Shown: piece after piece, positions 35,274 through 45,999 of the stretch
Layout of the letters: each line of letters begins with the position of its first letter
Position numbering within the stretch: the first letter of the stretch is position 1
NCBI GenBank assembly: GCA_010093995.1
Contig: ML992512.1
Span: 637,319 to 701,318 of the forward strand
From: Elsinoe ampelina
Lineage: Eukaryota
Length of the DNA stretch: 64,000 bases
Direction: 5' to 3'
Notes under the pieces: model-generated
Databases searched by the model: none
What the model was told of the DNA's origin: nothing
Seen by the model: only the letters and a program-made list of their open reading frames with translations
Translations under genes and position numbers: made by a program

Positions 35274-35882
35274 CGCACATTCTCACCGTGGAGTAGAGAC
35301 TTGACACAACCAACGAGGTTCGGGAGGATGTTCATATAATTGTGGTGATCCCCGGAACGCTGGGAATAGTGGGGTGGCTGTCGGTCATTGAGGCCTGCTG
35401 GAGCGAGTCCACAGTACCGTGAGTGATTGCTTGCTTCCAAAATACCTTGTAAACTCCTAGCAGATCCTATAGCGAAGCGTTAAGGGCGAAAGCAGTGGTT
35501 GTGTGAGAGAGGTGAACGTGTGAGGTCGGATTTCTTGACCGCGGAGGTGCCGCGCACATGTGGGCCCTCTGCGACTTCCTCGCTCGTGCCTGCGCGAGCA
35601 AGCACTCCAAAACGACACCTCGAGCATTGCAAGACCAAGACAAGCGGGAGAGAAAGCTAGTGGAATGATTTGACGTTGGTTCATTTGCCAGTCAGGCTTT
35701 CACTTTCACAGTACTTATTGTTACATCAAATCTGGCCAGCCGGTCCAGAGTATCCCACAAATCAACCGAGCTGCAACCAGCCAAACCATGACCTGCTCAA
35801 ACAAGGTCTCGTCAACCAGATGTACCCGCTAAAGACTCGCTTCCGACAAGAACAAACGGCGGGTGCTGGACGGCAGGAAGCT

Positions 35883-37028
35883 CTACTTCGCCGATTCCTC
35901 CACCAACGTGTTACGACGCTTTTCAGAATGAAGCTGGGATCGTTCCTGACGAGCCTGATCAATTGCTGACCTCTGTGATATGCTGTCATCGTGCGACTTC
36001 CATGTAATGATTGTGTCTGCGGGTAAAGCAAGGACGCGCTTGATTGTTTCACTTGCAAGGGTCAGTAAGGTCGTCCGGATGCTCTGCGCGATGGTGACTT
36101 ACCGGATCTTCACGTTCCTGCCGCCGTCGTTCTTGGTCCACACGCTGAAAACATCCTCACCGCTGCGGACACTGACGACGGCGCCACACACTTCCTCGCC
36201 GGCCTCAGCGAATTGATCGCCGATCAGAGCAAGCAAGAGATCCTCCCAGTAACGGTCAGCCACTCCTTTCTTGAGCCTCATGATCCATTTGCCACCTCGC
36301 TTGTTCTCTTCATCTTCCCAGACTGGACGAATGCCGTCCTTGAAGAAATGCCAGTCAGAGACCACAGGCAGAGTCGAAGGTCGTTGAAGATGTGAGTAGA
36401 CACGCCAGAACTCTTGCGCAGTACTCATGCGACACAACGGCTTCATTGACTTTTCATAGTCCGTGTTCTTGGATGTGGGAGGTCGGTACCAGATGACCCA
36501 GCTGTGCTTGAGGGGCCACGGCTCCGTATGATTGCGTGGAGGTCCTGAAGGACTCTCCGCTGTGGGTGTGAGCGCACTGGATTTGAGCATCGATATTGAC
36601 CGCCGCGGTACAGCACGCTTCTCTTCCTTGTCTGCCTCTTTCTTTTCGCTAGCGGTAGTCGCAGTCGGGGTAGTCGCGGATTTTCCAAAGTCAAACGCCG
36701 AGCCTGGGGTTTTGGGAGTCTTGCTCGCAGACCCGAAGGATGCAAAAGCACCGGATCCAAGACCAAATGCTGAAGAGCCGCCGGACGTAGGTGAAGCGAC
36801 TGATTGAGCCGTCAAAGGAGCATTGCTGCTGAAAGGATTGCCCTTGCCGGAGGAAATACTGCCGAACCTTCTGGGCTGAGGAGGTCCTTCCTTGCTATCA
36901 TGCCGATCGGACTTGTCCATGGAGAGGGACAGCTTGCCAGCGCTGTGGTCGGTTAGCATGTATACCTCGAGTCTGTCCAACGAGTCGACTCACTTTGAGC
37001 GACGAGTCCACAAGTTGTCTCGGTCCAT
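35883..37028 (-). CDS. Class II eIF4E (4EHP-like) cap-binding protein; introns 36943-36993 and 36052-36102
   Basis: PLKHSWVIWY, DYEKS (Tyr at the W56-equivalent position), EFWRVY, FKDGIRPVWEDEENKRGGKW; the spliced tail continues IRETIKRVL...WKSHDDS. Confidence 0.88.
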
Positions 37029-37694
37029 GATGCGGCAGAAGCGGCCAGCGGGCCTTGAATCAGGATACTACGAGTGTAGACAATATGGTGGTGTACAAGC
37101 GCGGTCGATCTACTGAAATTCCGTATGCAGTTGCGAGTCGTGAAGAAGCTCTTTAGACGTTGGAGAAAGCGAAAGCGGTTCAAGTGGGTTGTCGTCGTCG
37201 AGTATTACTACAAGTAAGCGCTGCAGGGTATCGAGAAGGTACGAAGCCAATTATCGAGTCTTATGTCTGTTTTCTTGAGAGTTTCGCAATAAAGATGGAA
37301 GTGAAGATGCAGAAGAAAGCATCAGACAAAATTGGCGGAGGAGGAGGGCGGACCGCAGAGAGAAGAGCATGGGCCAGCAAGTGCCAAGCCTACCGCAAAC
37401 CACACCCAGAAATCCCTTGCTCGTCTCGTTCTTTTCCTCTTCTTCATACCAAGACCACCAACTCAAATCATCGCCAGTCAAGCTATTACTATTCCACCTT
37501 GCTGACGATTCCGATGTGTGTGTCGAGAGGAAAACTACCCACTCTTAAAACCGTCAACACGAGGACCCTATATGGTAGATCCCAGGATGCGTTGACGACC
37601 TACGAGATGGGACAATCATTTTCATGACAAAGCCGCAAGTGGATGTTACGAGAGGTGGGTATGCAATGGTAAGATCGCAATACTCTCATTTACC

Positions 37695-37800
37695 AGCCAT
37701 TATGATGATTTAGAGCTCTGGTAAACCAATTTGCTCAGCCGCCGTATCTACTGCGCTGCTGGTTGAGCCTGCCGATAGCATGGCAAATCTGATAATGTCT
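37695..37800 (+). ncRNA. Candidate box C/D snoRNA inside a putative intron (37669-37857)
   Basis: Box C ATGATGA 37702-37708, box D CTGA 37789-37792, flanking AGCCATTA/TAATGTCT terminal stem. Upstream GTAAGA donor, downstream CTGAC branch and TGCAG acceptor. No rRNA target recognised. Confidence 0.45.
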
Positions 37801-37914
37801 TCAATCATATCTTTGTACAGACTTGGTAATTGACTGTTCCTGACGAAGTTGTGCAGGTCCAGATATCAAACGCCGACGCTATGCAGCCACGAATGCAGAC
37901 TTCACCCTTTCTCA

Positions 37915-39524
37915 CTACCGTCGTCCTCCTCTGCCACCTGGCGGTGGTCCTCCTCCGCCACCCATCATCTTCATAAGGTTGCCCATATCCATACCACCCA
38001 AATTCGGCATGCCTCCGCCTCCACCACCCAGCGCCTTCATCATGGAAGCCATGTCCATACCGCCCATTCCACCAGCACCTGCCCCACCCATGCTCTGCAT
38101 CCGCTTCTGCATAGCCGCCATTTGCTGCTTGTTGTTTCCGCCTCCCATGGCTCCTTGTGCTCGAGCCATGTTCTGCATGCCACCCTTCATCTTCTTCGCC
38201 ATGCCTGCCATCATCTTTTGTTGGGTGAGGAGCTCTTCGACCTCGCGGACGGTCGTTCCAGAACCTCTGGCTATCCGCGTCATTCTTGTCGGTTGATCAA
38301 TGAAGATCTTGCCATCGCTGTCGAGCTCCTTATCCGTCATACTGTCGCAGATGTACAACATCCTCTTGAGCTTCATGCTACCCTCCTCATCGTCCATACC
38401 CTGCATCATACCTCCCAGACCCGGAATCATCCCAGCCATCTTACTCAATGGTCCCATCTTCATGATGTTTCCGAGCTGATCCCGCAAATCCCGGACTGTG
38501 AATACTCCCTCGACAATATGCTTCATGGTATCCTTTTGGTCGAGCTTCAAGCTCTGCACGTGATCCACCAGACCCATCATATCGCCCATGCCCAACAATT
38601 TACTCACAAAGCTCTGCGGGTTGAATCTCTCCAGATCAAGCAAATGTTCTCCAGTACCGATGAACACAATCGGCGTCCTCGTCGCCGCCACCGCGGATAT
38701 CGCACCACCACCAGCCGCCGCACCATCCGTCTTCGTAATGATAATCGCACCAAAGTCCGCCGTCTCCTTGAACGCCCGCGACTGACTCTCCGCCTGCTGA
38801 CCAATACTCGCATCCAACACCATAATCGTCTGGTTCGGCGTCACCGCCTTCTGAATCTGCACCATCTCATCGAAGAGATCCTGTTCCTGCCTATGCCTCC
38901 CCGAAGTATCCACAATGATAATCTCAAACTTCTCTTTCTTGAACTTATCCACACCCTCCCTCGCCACCACAACTGGATCCGTCTGCGTCAACGATCCAAA
39001 GTAGGGAATCTTTGCCTTTGTCGCGTTCTGCTTCAACTGATCAAATGCGCCGGCACGGAACGTATCCGCGCACACCAAGCACGTCTTGAAACCTCGTGCC
39101 TGATACCACCGCGCAAGCTTGGTACACGTCGTCGTCTTGCCTGCACCTTGCAAACCCACAAACATAATGACGTTACTCTTTCCCTTCTTCGGTTGAAAAG
39201 GCGGGTTGTGCGGATCCACGAGAGCGACAAGCTCATCGAAGACGGCTTTCTGGATGATGCGCTTCTTGTTCACCCCGGCGCCGAGCTCTTTGAAGTTGAC
39301 GCTTTTCTTGATCGAGGTGCGCAGGTTGGAGACGAGTTTGATGTTGACGTCGGCTTCGACGAGGGCGTTGCAGATTTCTTTGACCATGGAGTCGAAAGCC
39401 TAGAGGGGTCAGTGGAGCTTGAGACGGGGAAGGGAGGGGACAGGACCTTCTCGTCCAGCGTCGGGGCGCGGGTGAGGTCGTTGACGGCCGCATTGATGCG
39501 GCGGCCGAGGTCCTGGAGGACCAT
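37915..39524 (-). CDS. SRP54: Signal recognition particle 54-kDa GTPase; intron 39400-39446
   Basis: [41 protein letters not shown]; Met-rich M domain. Confidence 0.96.
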
Positions 39525-39752
39525 ATTGAGGTTGGGTGCTTGACGATGTCAAGCTGATGTCGTTGGGTTGGTCAAGACGTGACGGAAGTGGTGGTCTGGA
39601 TTCATGCCACCTTGAATGTGAGGTGGGGTGTTGGCCGGGCCCAGCTGCTTCACCGCTTGCACGGCGGCAGAAAATTGTCCCATCTCCAGAAAAAGTTCCA
39701 GACAACCTCGACTTCACGGCAGTTTGATACAATCGGATCATATCTCGTCGTA

Positions 39753-40634
39753 ATGCCTTCTGCTGCGCCGAAAAGGAAGCGCACTGTGGAGCACTTGCAC
39801 AAGGCCAAGAAGCCGAAACGATTCCGGAAGCAGAAGAACTATCACAGCTCCAGCGAAGATGAGTCCGAGGATGAGGGCGGCGAGCCGGATTTCGCTCCAG
39901 TCAACATGGCGGAATCCAGTGATGAGGAAGGCACAGATGATGGTGTACCTGTGGAAGCAGCTGCTCCAAGCATAACCGAAGACGCCACCCTAGCTCCGTC
40001 TGCCGAGGCCGACGAAGACGATGACGGCTCTGAGTCGGCGGAGGTCTTGGATGATCTCGACGCCGAAGACGATATGGAATTGGAAGATGACGATCTGCTT
40101 GACTCTGATGCATCCATGGACTCGGGATCTCAAGCCGAGTCTCAAGTCCCTGCGAGAAAGACGAAGAAGCGCAACGACCCGTCAGCATTCACGACGTCCA
40201 TGCAGAAGATTCTCTCGTCTAAATTGTCGAACTCGAAACGCTCAGACCCGGTCCTCTCGCGAAGTGTCGACGCCTCCACCGCGAACAGAGAGCTCACGGA
40301 CTCTCGACTGGAGGCCAAAGCCAAGGCGAAGCTTCGAGCGGAAAAGAAAGCCGCTTTGGAGAGGGGACGGGTGAAGGACGTGCTCGGGCTGGAGACCGAA
40401 GGCGTCAGCGCAGCCGAAGTACAGGAGCGGGAGAAGCGGCTGAAGAAGACCGCTCAACGGGGCGTGGTCAAGCTGTTCAACGCTGTGCGTGCGGCTCAGG
40501 TGCAAGCTGATGTGGCAAGAGAGCAGGCGAGGAAGGAAGGCGTTGTTGGTATGGCGCAGCGAGAGGAGAGGATCAATGAGATGAGTAAAAAGAGCTTTCT
40601 GGACTTGATTGCCAAGGGTGGCAAGAAGGGTTAG
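39753..40634 (+). CDS. RRP15: Pre-60S biogenesis factor Rrp15
   Basis: Acidic N-terminus; DPVLSRS; EREKRLKKTAQRGVVKLFNAVRAAQ; MSKKSFLDLI. First ATG is 39753. Confidence 0.88.
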   Translation: MPSAAPKRKRTVEHLHKAKKPKRFRKQKNYHSSSEDESEDEGGEPDFAPVNMAESSDEEGTDDGVPVEAAAPSITEDATLAPSAEADEDDDGSESAEVLDDLDAEDDMELEDDDLLDSDASMDSGSQAESQVPARKTKKRNDPSAFTTSMQKILSSKLSNSKRSDPVLSRSVDASTANRELTDSRLEAKAKAKLRAEKKAALERGRVKDVLGLETEGVSAAEVQEREKRLKKTAQRGVVKLFNAVRAAQVQADVAREQARKEGVVGMAQREERINEMSKKSFLDLIAKGGKKG

Positions 40635-40682
40635 ACCATTGAGGAAGGATGAGGCCTGCTTGCATATTTATGCCTGTTGCTG

Positions 40683-41678
40683 CTATGTACCTCGATTGGC
40701 TTTTTTGATGGCAATCATATCATGCGCCAGATCCTGACCTGCAGGCAGTACTCCCGCCTTCTGGAGAATGGACACCGTACTCTCGATGACCCGGAGGTCA
40801 ACACCTTGGACGTCCTTGGTGAACTTTACCGTCTTCATCCACGACTCGGTATCCTCCTTCGAGTACTCCATCGTACTGGTAATATGGTCGATGGACTCGC
40901 CAGTCTGCTCCGAGTACCACAGAATGCCCTTGTCGAGCTTCTCCGCAAGCGCTTCAAGTCGCTCGTCAGTCGCGTCCCGGGCCGCAATCATCCAACTCGG
41001 CCACGGCGTGTAGATCTCTCCGATGCGCTTCAGCTCGCTGTTGTCGTAGAACTTCTTGGTGGTGAAGTGCTCCCACATGAAGAAGTCGGCTTTGTCTTCA
41101 TTGTTCACGCCAGCGCGGAGGGACTTGAAGTCACCGAGGACGACGGGCTCAAAAGGTGGTTTGTCGGGGGTGAGCCAGCCGTGTCTGTCTGCCAGGACGT
41201 AGGACATTACGTACGAACCACTATAGACTGTTAATATCATCCACGATGTCGATAATCACTATCCTTGCCTGCCGATCCGTGATACTCCTACTCGCTTCCC
41301 TTTGAGCTCTGATGCATCCTTGAGGCTGCTCTTGCTGCCGACACTGATGGCCCAGCATAGCGGACTGTCAACATACGTGCCAACAAGCTTGTACGCAGAT
41401 GACTCCTTGCTCGCCGCCGCCTTGCCAAAATCTGCCACGAAACCCTCCGTCAAGCCTATGGCTACATCGATGCTGTTATCTTTAAGTGCTGCCGTCAAGG
41501 CTCCCGTGCCTGTGGGGAATGGCTTCGTGTCGGCATCGAGCTGGAAATGCTTCTGCGCAAAGTGGAGCGGAGTCGAGAAGTGCTCTGCCAAGGCTTAGCT
41601 CGGTGTCCGTGAAGATCTACTGCAGAAGATCTGACCAGGTATATAGCCTATTCTTAGCTTATCGGCTTGCGGCGGCAT
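40683..41678 (-). CDS. Periplasmic-binding-protein type II fold protein (NMT1/THI5-like superfamily); introns 41585-41635 and GC-AG 41221-41268
   Basis: Spliced LRIGYIPEHFSTPL, PTGTG, AIGLTEG, SPLCWAIS, SRIGSGSYVM, DFFMWEHFTTK, TPWPSW. Confidence 0.82.
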
Positions 41679-42033
41679 GGTCCCCGAGAAGTGGCGGATT
41701 TGACGTCGTCCCACGTGGGTGCGGAGGAGGCGGGCGAACATTGCTTTCCTAAGGACGATAGCTACCGAAGCATCGTGGGAGAATACTTCACGGGAGATTA
41801 CACGAGCATATAAAAGTGGTTGTCAGATTGTGAGAGAGAATAAACGAGCTCACGTCCTTGAAATGGTGACCCCGCACGTGACAGCTTCAAGCCTGACATC
41901 ATGAATTTTCTTCCAACTTGATGCCTTCATCAACAAAGCTGGTAGTCATCACATTGCCTGGATCAGGTCGGTGATGCGCCTGCTATACCGTGACCATTGA
42001 AAGCGTCGAGCAAGAGCGAATCGTGGCGCCAAC

Positions 42034-42583
42034 ATGGCTCGCGATGATCATGACCAACGCCTGAGAGCCTGTTGGAGAGACCAGGACTGCAACTCCTGCA
42101 TACACAACAAAGCTGGATGCGGATGGTGTGCCTCAGTAAGTGATGTCTTCTTCGAAATTATGACTGGTGTTGGAAGCGAAGAATGCATGGTCGCATGAGC
42201 GACGAGAGCTGACGTGTCACAAGTCCAAGTCATGCGTACCAGCTTCATCCATATGGAATCCGGTCCGCAATCCTGATATCTGCCCACACTGGTCCGAGAG
42301 ATGGGAGCTACGCACCAAGACTCTTGGTTGCAATTGTTCAAGCATAACTTTTCTGGCCGTCTTAATCACCATACTATGCACCATTGCTGGGTTGGTGGTG
42401 CTGTACGGCCTGGTGCAGGCCGTTGCATGGATCAATCGTGTCTGGGGAGCTGGCGCCCGCGGCGGATGGTATCTGCAGATCGATGACACTGGAAACAGAC
42501 AAGAAGGGCTTTGGTTGCGCAAGAAGTGGTATTTACCGAGCGTCTTTCAGAGCAAAAGCATCAAGCTGAGTGACGACGACTGA
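42034..42583 (+). CDS. Small Cys-rich PSI(plexin)-like membrane protein; intron 42136-42223
   Basis: Spliced CWRDQDCNSC...CGWCASSKSCVP...ICP...ERWELRT...GCNCS followed by a hydrophobic TM helix. The 5' end is uncertain. Confidence 0.65.
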
Positions 42584-42894
42584 GAAGACTACCAGATCGC
42601 GAGCGGAATGTGGGTCTTCCTCGGTGACATGAACTCAACGGCACAACAACAGGAAGGCACGATGCAGCGAATTTGTCCACGTCTCTCTCCAGAGAAGGAC
42701 TGATGGCATCTGGACCACTGCTAATTCGTCATGACTGGCGCAGCCCAGTCTTGATGGATTGGGTCCTTGTCCACTCAATTCATCCTTAACGGCTCTGGAT
42801 TGCCACAATATTCCTTCATTTTTCTTCAACTCCGACCAAATTTATACCAATACCACCTAAGTACGACACTTCACTCTCACGGATCGCACTATTC

Positions 42895-44928
42895 ATGGGA
42901 TTGCTGAGGAGGCTTGTTCGAAAGATTCTACCTCGCAAGAAGCCCGCCGCGTCCAAACCTAAGCCGGCATCGAAGCCCAAGGCCACAAAGCCTGCGAAGA
43001 AGCCTGCGCCGAAGAAGCCTGCGCCGAAGAAGCCTGCACCGAAGAAGCCTGCACCGAAGAAGCCTGCACCGAAGAAGNNNNNNNNNNNNNNNNNNNNNNN
43101 NNNNNNNNNNNNNNNNNCTGCACCGAAGAAGCCTGCACCGAAGAAGTCTGCACCGAAGAAGCCTATACTAAAGAAGCCTGCACCAAAGAAGCCTGTGTCG
43201 AAGAAGCACGCGGCAAAGAAGCCGGCAGCGAAGAATCCTGATAAGAAACCTGCCAAAAACCCTGTAGCGAAGAAGCCTGCCACAGAGAAGCCTCCGGAGA
43301 GGAAGCCCGCCGCAAAGAAGACTCCAGAGAAGAAACCTGCCGCGAAGAAGCCTTTAAGCAAGAAACCTGCAGCGACGAAGCCTTCAGATAAAAAGCCTGC
43401 TAAGAAGCCTGAAGCAAAGCCTGTAGCGAAGAAACCTGTATCGAAGAAACCTATATCGAAGAAACCTGTATCGAAGAAACCCATATCGAAGAAACCCATA
43501 TCGAAGAAACCCATATCGNNNNNNNNNNTATCGAAGAAACCCATATCGAAGAAACCCATATCGAAGAAACCCATATCGGGGAAGCCTTCATCAGAGAAGC
43601 CTGTAGCGAAGAGGCCTGCAACGAAGAAGCCTATATCGAAATCTTCGGCGAAGAACCTTTCGGAGAAGAAACCCTCGGAGAAGAAACCCACAGCGAAGAA
43701 ACCTTCGGAGAAGAAGCCTGCCGACAAGCCTGTATCGAAGAATTCTGTCGCAAAGACACCTCCAGAGAAGAAGTCTGATGGAAAGGAGCCTCCAGAGGGG
43801 AAGCCCGCCGTAAAGAAACCTGCGACCAAGAGCCCTACAACGAAGAGTCCCGTGACAAAGAGCCCTGCACCGAAGTCTTCGACCAAGAACCCTGTGACGG
43901 CGAAGTCTCCAGAGAAGAAGCCTGCTAAGAAGCCGGTAGCAGTATCTGAGGCGAAGAAGCCTTTAGCGAGTGAACCTACAACGGAGAAGTCTTCGGAGAA
44001 GGAACCTACAGCAAAGAAACATTCAGAAATCGAGCATGGGGACAAGCCCGCATCGAACAGTCCTGTCGCAAACGGGCCTCCCGAGAAGAAACTTACCACG
44101 AGCAAGCCTTCCCAGAGGAAGCTGGTAGGGCCTGCGCCCTTAACAAAGACTGTTCCAAGCGACACATCTCACCCCCAGGATCCGACAAAGACTACTGGAG
44201 GACGACCGACATCGGAACAGCACCCGCGGAAGCCACCACAAACTGGCGGCGGTCAGCAGCAACCTCCATCAAACAATGCCCAGCAGCAGACTTCTCCAAG
44301 TGCAGGTCAGCAACAAAGCTCACCGCCTTCTGATGGACATGGACAAGCGTCTTCAGATACCGGACAAGAGCACCCAGCACCAAGCGGGGCACGACAGCAG
44401 ACATCACCAAGCAATGAGCAGCCCACATCATTAAACGGGGCACAACAGCAGACATCACCAAGCGGTGAGCAGCCCACATCACCAAGCGGTGAACAGCGTA
44501 CATCACCGAGGTCCGGCAGTGAACAGCAATCTTCGCCCGACAGCGGGCAGCAGCAACTACCACCAAGTGGTGGACAAACCTCGAAATCACCAAGTGGCGG
44601 TCACAAGCAATTTCCGCCAAGCAGCGAACAGCATCAAGGGTCAGCAAATGGAGGCCAGCAGCAATCTTCATCGAGTCAACAACAATTATCATCATCATCA
44701 AGCAGTGACCAGCAACAGACGACATCAAGTACAAGCCAGCAGCAATCGTCGTCGAGCGGGGGCCAACAGAGCTCGTCATCCCTGGGCGGAGGGGAGCAGT
44801 CATCATCAAGCGGTGGACAGCAGCAGTCATCGTCAAGCGAAGTGCATGAGAGCTCAGGGAGCAGTTCATCGAGTTCATCGAGTTCATCGAGTTCATCAAG
44901 CTCATCCAGTTCCGCATCTTCCGGCTAA
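42895..44928 (+). CDS. Lys/Pro-repeat (histone H1 tail-like) protein with Ser/Gln-rich C-terminus; spans two assembly gaps
   Basis: ATG-initiated 677-aa frame containing KKPAP and SKKPI repeats, QTSPS repeats and a poly-Ser tail. N runs at 43078-43117 and 43519-43528. Confidence 0.6.
   Translation: MGLLRRLVRKILPRKKPAASKPKPASKPKATKPAKKPAPKKPAPKKPAPKKPAPKKPAPKKXXXXXXXXXXXXXXAPKKPAPKKSAPKKPILKKPAPKKPVSKKHAAKKPAAKNPDKKPAKNPVAKKPATEKPPERKPAAKKTPEKKPAAKKPLSKKPAATKPSDKKPAKKPEAKPVAKKPVSKKPISKKPVSKKPISKKPISKKPISXXXXSKKPISKKPISKKPISGKPSSEKPVAKRPATKKPISKSSAKNLSEKKPSEKKPTAKKPSEKKPADKPVSKNSVAKTPPEKKSDGKEPPEGKPAVKKPATKSPTTKSPVTKSPAPKSSTKNPVTAKSPEKKPAKKPVAVSEAKKPLASEPTTEKSSEKEPTAKKHSEIEHGDKPASNSPVANGPPEKKLTTSKPSQRKLVGPAPLTKTVPSDTSHPQDPTKTTGGRPTSEQHPRKPPQTGGGQQQPPSNNAQQQTSPSAGQQQSSPPSDGHGQASSDTGQEHPAPSGARQQTSPSNEQPTSLNGAQQQTSPSGEQPTSPSGEQRTSPRSGSEQQSSPDSGQQQLPPSGGQTSKSPSGGHKQFPPSSEQHQGSANGGQQQSSSSQQQLSSSSSSDQQQTTSSTSQQQSSSSGGQQSSSSLGGGEQSSSSGGQQQSSSSEVHESSGSSSSSSSSSSSSSSSSSSASSG
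42997..43160 (+). repeat. 15-bp tandem repeat AAGAAGCCTGC(A/G)CCG (KKPAP), interrupted by a 40-N gap
   Basis: Directly visible; the true copy number is unresolved. Confidence 0.9.
43430..43578 (+). repeat. 15-bp tandem repeat TCGAAGAAACCCATA-type (SKKPI/V), interrupted by a 10-N gap
   Basis: Directly visible. Confidence 0.9.
44863..44898 (+). repeat. 9-bp repeat AGTTCATCG x4 encoding poly-Ser
   Basis: Directly visible; the last copy ends in A. Confidence 0.85.
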
Positions 44929-45084
44929 GCCAGTTACTGTGTACATCCAGAATGCCTGGTCTGAGTTGATGTGTAGATCTTACAATACCTACCACTGTCT
45001 ATACAAGTCGGAGTCCTAGTCTCATCCACAAATCCTTCTTCGTATCATCCCCACCTTGGCGACCTCGTCCTCTCCTCAATCCCC

Positions 45085-45999
45085 TCACCCCTCCCTCCTC
45101 ATCCCAAAGAAATAATTCCCCCACTCCTCCCCACCCTTCACCTCCCTCCACCCAACACCAGGCACATACAAAACCCCCATGACCCTCCACTCCCCCCACC
45201 CCTGCTGCCGCGCAACCCACCGCTCCAACTCATCCGCGTTGATATACTTATCCCAATCATGCGTCCCTCTCGGTACAATGCGCAGCACGTCCTCGGCCAT
45301 CAGCTTGGTCGTGAAATAGCTCGTCCACGTCCGCGCGATCGTGCTCCCGATCAGCCAGCCGCCCGGTCTGACGCGGGACATGCATTGCTCCAGGAAGAGG
45401 TGGGGGGCGTTGACGTGTTCGATGACTTCGAAGAGGGAGACGAGGTCGAATTGACTGTGCGGACCGGCTTCCGGGGAGGGGGATGCTGGGGAGTTCGAAG
45501 GGGATGGCGAATGGGATAGGTGCGTGGAGAGGTCCTCGATGCTGGTGTTGAGGTACCGGAGGCGCGAGGAGTGGACGAGGTCCGGGTCGCGGCGCATGTG
45601 TGTCTTTGCAACTTGGATCACGTCGGGGGTTGGGTCGATGGCTGTTACGGAGAGGGTGTTGGGGAGGCGGGCGGCGGATTCGGCGAAGATGCCGCCGCCG
45701 CAGCCGACGTCGAGGTAGGTGAGGGTTCGCGGGGTCGGGGATGGGGGTTGTTGGGGAGGGGCGGTTGAGTTGCGGCAGCGGTTGATGAATTGGTGGCGGA
45801 GGGGGTTCATGAGGTGGAGGATTCGTGAGGGGCCTTGTGGGTCCCACCATGAGGAGGCGAGGGCGGAGAAGTGGGAGACTTCGGAGGAAGAGACGGAGCT
45901 TGAGGGGGAGGCGGTGGTGGAGTGGTGGCGGGCGGAGAGGGAGATGAGACGGCGAAGCTCTGTCGGCAGAGCAGCCACTCGAGACCGTAGTACCGACAT
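45085..45999 (-). CDS. COQ3: Ubiquinone biosynthesis O-methyltransferase
   Basis: WWDPQGPSRILHLMNPLR, LDVGCGGGIFAES, FEVIEHV, STIART, VPRGTHDWDKYI; mitochondrial presequence. Confidence 0.93.
   Translation of the reverse strand: MSVLRSRVAALPTELRRLISLSARHHSTTASPSSSVSSSEVSHFSALASSWWDPQGPSRILHLMNPLRHQFINRCRNSTAPPQQPPSPTPRTLTYLDVGCGGGIFAESAARLPNTLSVTAIDPTPDVIQVAKTHMRRDPDLVHSSRLRYLNTSIEDLSTHLSHSPSPSNSPASPSPEAGPHSQFDLVSLFEVIEHVNAPHLFLEQCMSRVRPGGWLIGSTIARTWTSYFTTKLMAEDVLRIVPRGTHDWDKYINADELERWVARQQGWGEWRVMGVLYVPGVGWREVKGGEEWGNYFFGMRREG

Noticed and set aside
37849..39543. 564-aa + strand ORF
   Set aside because: Antisense shadow of SRP54, TTG start, no recognisable domain.
41585..41635. TPP riboswitch in the NMT1-superfamily gene intron
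   Set aside because: Intron too short and no TPP aptamer motifs seen.
42136..42223. snoRNA in the 88-nt intron (GTGATGT...CTGA)
   Set aside because: Imperfect box C overlaps the donor and the box D is the branch site.
42997..43578. CRISPR-like array
   Set aside because: Contiguous coding tandem repeats without spacers, in a eukaryotic context.
42816..44165. 449-aa minus-strand GFF-repeat ORF
   Set aside because: Mirror of the KKP repeats; GTG start.
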